Positions 26,336-34,085 of a stretch of 44,420 nt of DNA are shown in pieces. Location: assembly GCA_040876885.1 (NCBI GenBank), contig JBBDOU010000002.1, positions 1-44,420 of the forward strand. The letters run 5' to 3'. The notes beneath the pieces are model-generated. The model saw nothing but the letters and a program-made list of their open reading frames with translations, did no database searches and was not told the DNA's origin. The position numbers were made by a program, and so were the translations under genes. The first letter of the stretch is position 1; every line of letters starts with the position of its first letter. The stretch comes from Minisyncoccota bacterium (lineage in GTDB: Bacteria > Patescibacteriota > Minisyncoccia > Phycocordibacterales > JABMNX01).

Positions 26336-29300
26336 ATGAAACGAGATACACACAATACACATAACTTTGACGCAATTGCTATCAAACTCGCAAGTCCTGA
26401 GCGGATTTTAGATTGGTCATACGGAGAGATTACAAAACCAGAAACTATTAACTACAGAACACAGCGAGCAGAAAAAAACGGACTCTTTGATGAGAAGATT
26501 TTTGGTCCTGAGAAAGACTTTGAGTGTTACTGTGGAAAATACCGCGGTATTAGATTTAAAGGTATTATCTGTGAGAAATGTGGCGTAGAAGTAACCCGTT
26601 CTATTGTCCGACGTGAACGAATGGGGCATATCGAGCTTGCTACTCCCGTGTCACACATTTGGTTCCTTCGAGGTATTCCTTCACGAATTGCACTTATTCT
26701 TGGACTTTCTGCAACTGACGTTGAAAAGGTGGTTTACTTTGCAGGCTACATCATTACTAAAGTAAATGATAATGAAAAAGCACGATTTTTTAAAGAATTA
26801 GATACTGAATACAAGACAAAACTAAAGACAGCAACTGACACAAAAACAAAGACAAAACTAAAAGAACTCTACACAAAAACAAAAAAAGAAATTGATTCAA
26901 TCTCTGAAGGAAGTGTGCTTGATGAAGTTTCTTATCATACGCATTCTGTTAAATTCGGAGGCCTTTTTGAAGCTGAGATTGGAGCAGAGGCTATTCATAA
27001 AATCTTCAAAAACCTTGACCTTGAGAAGCTTGCGGTAACACTTGAAGAGCGACGTGAGAAAGCGGGAGCAGTTGAGCGCGTTAAACTTAACAAACGACTT
27101 TCACTTATTCACTCAATGATTAACGCAAAGGTTCGCCCTGAGTGGATGTTTATGGTTCGTATTCCCGTAACACCTCCAGCACTTCGACCGATGGTTGCGC
27201 TTGAAGGAGGACGACACGCATCTTCTGATGTGAACGATCTCTACCGACGAGTTATTAACCGAAACAACCGACTGAAGAAACTTATCGATATTCATGCGCC
27301 AGATGTAATCCTTCGTAACGAAAAAAGAATTCTACAAGAGGCGGTAGACGCACTGCTTGATAACTCAATTCGACACGGAAATACTGCATTTTCAGCGATG
27401 AGTCAGTCTCAACGACGACCGCTTAAATCACTGTCTGATTACCTTAAGGGAAAGCAAGGATACTTCCGAGGAAACCTTCTTGGTAAACGTGTTGATTACT
27501 CAGGACGTTCTGTAATTGTGGTTGGTTCAAATCTTAAGCTTGACGAATGTGGACTTCCAAAACACATGGCGCTTGAACTCTTCCGCCCATTTGTTATTTC
27601 ACAACTTCTTGAAAAAGAACTCGCGTACAACATTCGTGGTGCTGGCCGGTTGATAGATGACGGTATCCCTGAAGTATGGGCGATTCTTGAAGATGTTATT
27701 AAAGGCAAGCACGTACTCCTTAACCGAGCTCCAACACTTCACCGACAAGGAATTCAAGCGTTCCGACCTACACTTACTGAAGGTAACGCTATCCAGATTC
27801 ACCCACTTGTATGTCCTGCGTTCAACGCTGACTTCGATGGAGACCAAATGGCCGTGCACGTACCACTTTCTGACGAAGCACAGCTTGAGGCAAAGGAGAT
27901 TATGTCTGCTAACAAGAACGTATTGAAGCCAGGTAGTGGTGAAGTAGTCACAAGTCCCCGACAGGACATTATTCTCGGATGTTACTGGATGACTAAAGTT
28001 GTTGTCGGTGAAAAAGGAGAAGGTAAATATTTTCCAACGCCAAACAACGCAATTACTACACATGACTTTGGGTCAGTTGGTTTCAGGGCTTTAATTAAAG
28101 TTCTCCCAACAAGCAGTAAGAAGTATGAAGAATTCAATGGAGAGGTTTTTGAGACAACTGTAGGGCGTCTGCTTTTTAACAGCGTGCTCCCAAGTGACTA
28201 TCCGTTTATTAACGATGAGATGACCGGTAAAAAGATGTCACTGCTCGTTGAGAACCTCATTGAGCGATACGGAATCTCAGAGATTCCACACATCCTTGAT
28301 AAGATTAAAGAATTTGGATTTAAGTATGCAACATATTCAGGAATCACGTGGAGTCTTTCAGATCTCGTTATTCCAAAAGAAAAAAAAGAGATTATTACTG
28401 CGGCACGAATTAAGAGTGAGGAAATTATTTCTCAGTTTAACAACGGACTTCTTTCTGCGGTAGAGCGACACCGAATGTCGGTTGAGGTTTGGCTTAAAGC
28501 AAAAAATGACATTGAAGTGCTACTCCCCATAGTGCTTGATCCAAACGGTTCTATGAACGACATGCTTGTCTCTGGTGCTCGAGGTTCTATTGGACAGCTT
28601 TCCCAGATGGCTGGAATGAAGGGACTTATCCAAAATCCTAAAGGGGAAACAATCGAATTCCCAATCGTCGCTTCTATGAAGGAGGGGCTATCACCGATTG
28701 AATACTTTATTAACACGCATGGTTCACGAAAGGGTATGACTGACACCGCGCTACAAACTGCGAAAGCTGGGTATTTAACCCGACGACTCTTCGATGTTGC
28801 GCAAGATGCCATCATCTCAGAGGCAGACTGTAAAACAAAAGAGAGTGTATGTATTACACGAGAAAGTGCGTCAGGAATCCAAGTCTCAGTAGCACGTGAT
28901 ATTTCAGGACGATATCTTGCAGAAGATGTCGCTGACGAAAAAGGCGAAGTACTATACAAAAAAGGTGCGCTTATCCGAAACGCAGAGGCACGCAAAATAG
29001 AAGATGCGGGAGTAGAAGAAGTCTTCGTGCGGTCTCCAATGACCTGTAAGTCAGTGCATGGAATCTGCCAGACATGTTATGGAATTGACCTTTCTAAGAG
29101 TGAGCTTGTTGATATTGGTGAGGCTGTAGGAACAATTGCTGCGCAAGCTATTGGAGAGCCAGGTACTCAGCTTACAATGCGTACGTTCCATGCCGGAGGT
29201 ATCGCCTCAGCTGGAGGAGACATCACCCACGGCCTCCCTCGAGTAGAAGAAGTATTTGAAAAACGATCTCCAAAAAACCCTGCGGTGATTGCACGTGTCG

Positions 29301-30007
29301 GAGGAGTTATCTCAGAAATTCGAGAAGAAGACAAAGAGCAAATCCTTACAATTCTACCTGACGAGGGAAGTAAAAATACAAAGAAGAAAGATGTTGAGTA
29401 TCCTATTCACTTCCTGCGAACACTTAATGTGAAAGAAGGTGACCATGTAGAGAAGGGACAAATCATAACTGATGGTTCAGTAGATATTGCAGACCTCTTT
29501 ACGTATGCCGGAAAGGAGATGGCTCAGAAATATATCATTACTGAAGCAACAAAGATTTATGAACTTCAAGGTGTGACCATTTCACGAAAACACATTGAGA
29601 TTATTGTGAAGCAAATGTTTTCTCGTCGAAAGATAAAGACGCAAGAAGATTCTATCCTTACCACAGGAGATATTGTGGAAGAGGCAGAATTTGTGACTGA
29701 AGTTAACAGGGTTAAGGATGCAGGAAAAACCGTTCCAACAGCAGACGCGCTTGTATTTGGAATTACCGAAGTTTCTCTTTCACGAAAGAGTTTCCTTTCA
29801 GCATCTTCATTCCAACACACAACCCGTATCCTCATTAATGCGTCAGTCCGTGGAAGTATTGATACACTCCGAGGGCTCAAGGAGAACGTTATTATTGGAC
29901 GTTTGATTCCAGCAGGAACAGGGTTTAAGGGAAGTCCTAAGGCAGAGATGATTGAATCACTACGAAAAAGCACACGAGGTGGTGAAGATACCGAAGAAGA
30001 GGCGTAA
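26336..30007 (+). CDS. rpoC: RNA polymerase beta' subunit
   Basis: KPETINYRT, zinc-binding Cys, NADFDGD, GEPGTQLTMRTFH, ENVIIGRLIPAGTG. Confidence 0.98.
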   Translation: MKRDTHNTHNFDAIAIKLASPERILDWSYGEITKPETINYRTQRAEKNGLFDEKIFGPEKDFECYCGKYRGIRFKGIICEKCGVEVTRSIVRRERMGHIELATPVSHIWFLRGIPSRIALILGLSATDVEKVVYFAGYIITKVNDNEKARFFKELDTEYKTKLKTATDTKTKTKLKELYTKTKKEIDSISEGSVLDEVSYHTHSVKFGGLFEAEIGAEAIHKIFKNLDLEKLAVTLEERREKAGAVERVKLNKRLSLIHSMINAKVRPEWMFMVRIPVTPPALRPMVALEGGRHASSDVNDLYRRVINRNNRLKKLIDIHAPDVILRNEKRILQEAVDALLDNSIRHGNTAFSAMSQSQRRPLKSLSDYLKGKQGYFRGNLLGKRVDYSGRSVIVVGSNLKLDECGLPKHMALELFRPFVISQLLEKELAYNIRGAGRLIDDGIPEVWAILEDVIKGKHVLLNRAPTLHRQGIQAFRPTLTEGNAIQIHPLVCPAFNADFDGDQMAVHVPLSDEAQLEAKEIMSANKNVLKPGSGEVVTSPRQDIILGCYWMTKVVVGEKGEGKYFPTPNNAITTHDFGSVGFRALIKVLPTSSKKYEEFNGEVFETTVGRLLFNSVLPSDYPFINDEMTGKKMSLLVENLIERYGISEIPHILDKIKEFGFKYATYSGITWSLSDLVIPKEKKEIITAARIKSEEIISQFNNGLLSAVERHRMSVEVWLKAKNDIEVLLPIVLDPNGSMNDMLVSGARGSIGQLSQMAGMKGLIQNPKGETIEFPIVASMKEGLSPIEYFINTHGSRKGMTDTALQTAKAGYLTRRLFDVAQDAIISEADCKTKESVCITRESASGIQVSVARDISGRYLAEDVADEKGEVLYKKGALIRNAEARKIEDAGVEEVFVRSPMTCKSVHGICQTCYGIDLSKSELVDIGEAVGTIAAQAIGEPGTQLTMRTFHAGGIASAGGDITHGLPRVEEVFEKRSPKNPAVIARVGGVISEIREEDKEQILTILPDEGSKNTKKKDVEYPIHFLRTLNVKEGDHVEKGQIITDGSVDIADLFTYAGKEMAQKYIITEATKIYELQGVTISRKHIEIIVKQMFSRRKIKTQEDSILTTGDIVEEAEFVTEVNRVKDAGKTVPTADALVFGITEVSLSRKSFLSASSFQHTTRILINASVRGSIDTLRGLKENVIIGRLIPAGTGFKGSPKAEMIESLRKSTRGGEDTEEEA

Positions 30008-30058
30008 TATAAAAACATACGTAGGACACACGTACGTGTGCGTACCTACCATACATAT

Positions 30059-31828
30059 ATGCTTTCTCCCGTAGAACAAATAAAGGAGCGACTCTCTATT
30101 GTTGAGGTTGTTTCTTCGTATATTAAGCTTGATAAGGCTGGGAAAAACTATAAAGGACTGTCGCCTTTTAGTAATGAAAGAACTGCATCGTTTTACATCT
30201 CTCCTGAACGAGAGATGTATTACTGTTTTTCAACAAACCAAGGAGGTGACATCTTCACCTTTGTTGAAAAGATGGAAGGGGTTGATTTTGCGGGGGCATT
30301 AAAAATACTTGCAGATAAGGCGGGTGTTGAATTGGTGCACGAAAGTAAAGAGGTTCGAGATAAACGAACTCGGCTCTATGACGCGCTTAAGAAAGCCGAG
30401 TCTCTCTACGGACTCTACATACAACAAGAGACGCCGGTAAAGGAGTATCTTTTTGGAAGAGGAATTACTGAGGACTCAATCAAGCATTTTGGTATCGGGT
30501 ACGCAAAAAATGACTGGCAGTGCCTCTATGAGCACTTAAAGAAAGATGAGTACACTGAACAGGACATCATGGATGCGGGTCTTTTAAAGAAAGCAGCGGT
30601 ACAGACAGAAAACAATACATCTAAAGGGAGTACGGACAGATACTACGACACGTTTAGAGGGAGAGTCATGTTTCCAATTCGAGACAGCGCGGGAAGAACT
30701 ATAGGTTTTTCAGGAAGAATCTTGCCTGCGTATGACGATGGAAAGACAGGGAAATATATCAACAGTCCAGAAACAGCGCTCTACAATAAATCAAAGATAT
30801 TGTATGGGTATGACTTAGCTAAGGGAGGAATTAAAAAATTTAATTTCTCAGTACTTGTAGAAGGGCAGATGGACGTGGTGATGAGTCACCAGGCTGGGTA
30901 CCCAAATACCGTTGGTGTCTCAGGAACTGCACTAACACATGGGCAATTGACGCTTCTTAACCGCCTTTCAAAAAATATCGTGATGGCGTTTGATGCTGAC
31001 AGGGCAGGGGTTGCTTCAGCTGGAAAAGGTGCGGCGCTCGCGCTTTCTATGGGTATGGATGTTAAAATAGCTCGACTTCCTAGAGGCGTAGACCCCGCGG
31101 ACTTAATAAAAGAAGATAAGAATAAGTGGAAGGAAGCCATTAAAAATTCAGTACATATTGTCGAATTTCTCATCGCGCAAATAAGAAGTGAGGGGTATGA
31201 TGACCGGAAATTTAAACTCGAAGTCCAGAAAACAGTACTTCCTTTTGTTGCACAGATTAAAAACTCGATAGACCAAGATCATTTTGTGCAGATTGTGGCA
31301 CGTGCGATTGGTACCTCGGAAGAGGTTATACGCGCTGAGGTAGAACGGACTCAAAGTACAAAGGAGCATACGTCTGTTGCCGTTACAGAAGTGGAGCCAG
31401 AGAAAAAAGAAGTGCAACACAGAGAGTCAGCAGAAGAAAAATTAGCACAGATAATTCTTTGGCAACAGTCAATTAAAGAACCGTCAGTTGATGTTGAAGC
31501 GTTAAAGAATTCTTTTGAGGCGGTGGTTGGGAAGGATCAGATGAAGCAAATGCTCGAAGGAGACAACCCGCAGATACAACAAAATATTTTTAAAATTGAA
31601 TTACTATATGACGAAGACAAGCAGTTACAGGAAGATATTGATGAATTATTCCATCACCTGACCTATCGGCTGACTAAGCAAGAACTCACCGACACAATGG
31701 AAGCATTACGGAAAGCAGAAGTAAGCGGAGACAGTGACGAGTCATCTAAACTTTTGAAAAAGAGTCAGGAAATTGCTGAGAAATTAAAAAAGTTTATAAA
31801 AGGAATAGAGAAGAAAGTGGATATATAA
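30059..31828 (+). CDS. dnaG: DNA primase
   Basis: FRGRVMFPI, GFSGR, KYINSPET, VEGQMDV, FDADRAG, DPAD; start placed at ATG 30059. Confidence 0.96.
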   Translation: MLSPVEQIKERLSIVEVVSSYIKLDKAGKNYKGLSPFSNERTASFYISPEREMYYCFSTNQGGDIFTFVEKMEGVDFAGALKILADKAGVELVHESKEVRDKRTRLYDALKKAESLYGLYIQQETPVKEYLFGRGITEDSIKHFGIGYAKNDWQCLYEHLKKDEYTEQDIMDAGLLKKAAVQTENNTSKGSTDRYYDTFRGRVMFPIRDSAGRTIGFSGRILPAYDDGKTGKYINSPETALYNKSKILYGYDLAKGGIKKFNFSVLVEGQMDVVMSHQAGYPNTVGVSGTALTHGQLTLLNRLSKNIVMAFDADRAGVASAGKGAALALSMGMDVKIARLPRGVDPADLIKEDKNKWKEAIKNSVHIVEFLIAQIRSEGYDDRKFKLEVQKTVLPFVAQIKNSIDQDHFVQIVARAIGTSEEVIRAEVERTQSTKEHTSVAVTEVEPEKKEVQHRESAEEKLAQIILWQQSIKEPSVDVEALKNSFEAVVGKDQMKQMLEGDNPQIQQNIFKIELLYDEDKQLQEDIDELFHHLTYRLTKQELTDTMEALRKAEVSGDSDESSKLLKKSQEIAEKLKKFIKGIEKKVDI

Positions 31829-31884
31829 CAGTACAGACATAGTAATTTTTAAAAGAAACGTGTAACATAAGATAATAAAAAAGT

Positions 31885-33153
31885 ATGGGTACAAAAAAGA
31901 AAACAGTTAAAAAAACGGCAAAAAAGACAGTAAAGAAAGCACCGAAAAAGAAGAAAGCGCCCGCAAAGAAAAAAACAGTAAAGAAAGCACCTAAAAAGGT
32001 GGTCAAGAAACCTGCCAAGAAAGCGCCCGCAAAGAAAAAGGCTGGGTCAAAAAAGAAGGTAGTGAAGAGGAATAGTAAAAAGAGCATGGAGGCTAAAGCT
32101 GAGAAGCTTATCCTTAAAGGGCGCGATCGTGGATATGTGACGTATGACGAAATCCTTAAAGAATTTCCCAAGATTGAAGAAGATGTATTTTTCCTTGAGG
32201 AAATGTATGAGCGATTCTCGGTAGCAAGTATTGATATTTTAGAAGGAGGTGGGCTTATGGGCGGAAAAGAGGGGGATGATGAGCTTATGACTAAAAAGAA
32301 CCTGTACCGACGTACTGATTCTTCATATGACTCGATTCAGATGTATTTGCGAGAGATTGGGCAGTACCCACTCCTTAACGCACAAGAGGAGCGTGACTTT
32401 GCAAAACGGATTGTTGATGGTGATATTGAAGCAGTAAACTTGCTCGCACGGGCAAACCTTCGCCTCGTTGTTTCTATTGCAAAGAAATACGTTGGACGAA
32501 GTCCAGACCTCACCCTTCTTGACCTTATTCAGGAAGGAAACATTGGACTCTTTAAAGCTGTCGATAAGTTTGACTACACAAAAGGGTACAAGTTTTCAAC
32601 GTATGCAACATGGTGGATTCGTCAGGCAATTACACGTGCACTTGCAGACCAGTCACGGACAATTCGTATCCCCGTACACATGGTTGAGACAATTGCTAAG
32701 TACAAACAGAAAGTTCGTCAGTTAAGTCAGGACCTTGGACGAGACCCACTTCCAGAAGAAATTGCAACTGAGATGGGGCTTGATGTAGAAAAGATTCACA
32801 ATATTGAAAAAATTAACCACGATACCGTTTCACTTGAGACTCCAGTGGGGGATGAGGGAGAAGACAAATCAACCCTCGGAGACTTTATCGCAGACGATAA
32901 GATTCTTTCTCCTGATCAAGAGTCAGCACAAAGAATTCTTGCTGACCAAGTAAAGGAGATTCTTGGTGAGCTTTCTCCAAAAGAGCGAAAGATTCTTGAA
33001 ATGCGTCACGGACTTGAGGATGGTATTTATCACACGCTTGAAGAGGTAGGAAAAGAGTTCGGAGTGACACGAGAACGTATTCGACAGATTGAAGCAAAAG
33101 CGCTTGAAAAGATACGAAACCACGACCACGCAAACCAGTTGCGGAACTACTAG
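31885..33153 (+). CDS. rpoD: Primary sigma factor with Lys/Ala/Pro-rich N-terminal tail
   Basis: [57 protein letters not shown]. Confidence 0.97.
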   Translation: MGTKKKTVKKTAKKTVKKAPKKKKAPAKKKTVKKAPKKVVKKPAKKAPAKKKAGSKKKVVKRNSKKSMEAKAEKLILKGRDRGYVTYDEILKEFPKIEEDVFFLEEMYERFSVASIDILEGGGLMGGKEGDDELMTKKNLYRRTDSSYDSIQMYLREIGQYPLLNAQEERDFAKRIVDGDIEAVNLLARANLRLVVSIAKKYVGRSPDLTLLDLIQEGNIGLFKAVDKFDYTKGYKFSTYATWWIRQAITRALADQSRTIRIPVHMVETIAKYKQKVRQLSQDLGRDPLPEEIATEMGLDVEKIHNIEKINHDTVSLETPVGDEGEDKSTLGDFIADDKILSPDQESAQRILADQVKEILGELSPKERKILEMRHGLEDGIYHTLEEVGKEFGVTRERIRQIEAKALEKIRNHDHANQLRNY

Positions 33154-33172
33154 GTAAAAGCACAGGAAAAGA

Positions 33173-33200
33173 AAAACACGCCACCCATGTGGCGTGTTTT
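33173..33200. terminator. Bidirectional terminator
   Basis: AAAACACGCCAC-CCAT-GTGGCGTGTTTT between convergent genes. Confidence 0.8.
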
Positions 33201-33204
33201 GAGT

Positions 33205-33789
33205 TTAAGAGAGGTGTTCTTTTTTGAACTTTCTCCACAGTGGCATAAAGTCCTTTTTAAAGACCGCCATGAGCACCTTATCAACGTATTTGCCCTCAGC
33301 AAAATGCTCTTTTTTGAGCACCCCTTCTATATGATACCCGCATTTTTCACTGTATCGCCGTGAACGTTTGTTGAATGCAAAAACATTTGAGCAAACTTTA
33401 CGAAGGTTGAGGGTATTAAAAGCATAGTTAAGTAAGACCATTTTTGCTTCAGTACCGTACCCGTTACTCCAGCAGTCTTTTTCACCAATAAGTGCACCGG
33501 TGACGGCTGTGCCGTTCTTATGGTCAATATTGTGAAGTCCCATTGTGCCTATTGGCCGGTCTCCCTCTACGAGGCATATCATGAGTACAACATTTTCATG
33601 GATTCTTTTATGTAGACTTTCAATCCACGCTTCTTCTTCAGCTTCCATTGCAGGAAGGCATCTGTCCAGGTATTGGTAGACCGAAGGATCATTCACCCAA
33701 CACGTCAGAAGCGGTGTATCTTCACGGAGTATTGGACGAAGGTAGACTCTCTGTGCTTCTAAGAACCGTACTCTATTTTCTTTTTCCAC
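33205..33789 (-). CDS. GNAT N-acetyltransferase, RimJ/RimL/SpeG-like
   Basis: VYLRP, W.NGYGTEA, YAFNTLNLRKV, FN.RS...YSEKCGY..EG; SD GAGGAG 6 nt before GTG. Confidence 0.88.
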   Translation of the reverse strand: MEKENRVRFLEAQRVYLRPILREDTPLLTCWVNDPSVYQYLDRCLPAMEAEEEAWIESLHKRIHENVVLMICLVEGDRPIGTMGLHNIDHKNGTAVTGALIGEKDCWSNGYGTEAKMVLLNYAFNTLNLRKVCSNVFAFNKRSRRYSEKCGYHIEGVLKKEHFAEGKYVDKVLMAVFKKDFMPLWRKFKKEHLS

Positions 33790-33801
33790 GACAAACTCCT
33801 C

Positions 33802-33813
33802 TTGTTAAAGAAC
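33802..33813 (-). promoter_or_regulatory. boxA-like element abutting the SD
   Basis: GTTCTTTAACAA on the minus strand. Confidence 0.5.
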
Positions 33814-33830
33814 TATTCAGGGTGCTAAAC

Positions 33831-33865
33831 AAAAAACCTCAGGCTTCTGTTCAGCCGAGGTTTTT
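33831..33865 (-). terminator. Leader (attenuator) terminator upstream of the GNAT gene
   Basis: Minus strand AAAAACCTCGGCT-GAACAGA-AGCCTGAGGTTTTTT. Confidence 0.75.
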
Positions 33866-33890
33866 CTGTGTAGGAGTTTCTTTATATGAT

Positions 33891-34010
33891 TTAAGAAGAT
33901 ACAAACATACCACGGCTGAATACAAACGTTTTTGCATATACAGGGGAGATAAGCCCTGTTGCAAAACAGCCCATGTCTTTCATATTCATTTGTGTATGGT
34001 TATATTCCAT
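33891..34010 (-). CDS. Putative 39-aa leader peptide
   Basis: MEYNHTQMNMKDMGCFATGLISPVYAKTFVFSRGMFVSS*; ATG 6 nt after TTGACA-17-TATAAA (34045-34017). Confidence 0.55.
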   Translation of the reverse strand: MEYNHTQMNMKDMGCFATGLISPVYAKTFVFSRGMFVSS

Positions 34011-34085
34011 AATACTTTTATATATTGGTTACGTGAGTATGTCAAGTAACACGTATCAGTAGTTTCTTTTGCTATACTTACACTC

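Noticed and set aside
31794-32171. Phe-rich 125-aa minus-strand ORF
   Set aside because: Antisense mirror of the Lys-rich rpoD tail
33648-34049. 133-aa + strand ORF
   Set aside because: Overlaps the GNAT gene antisense; the region is better explained by the minus-strand attenuator
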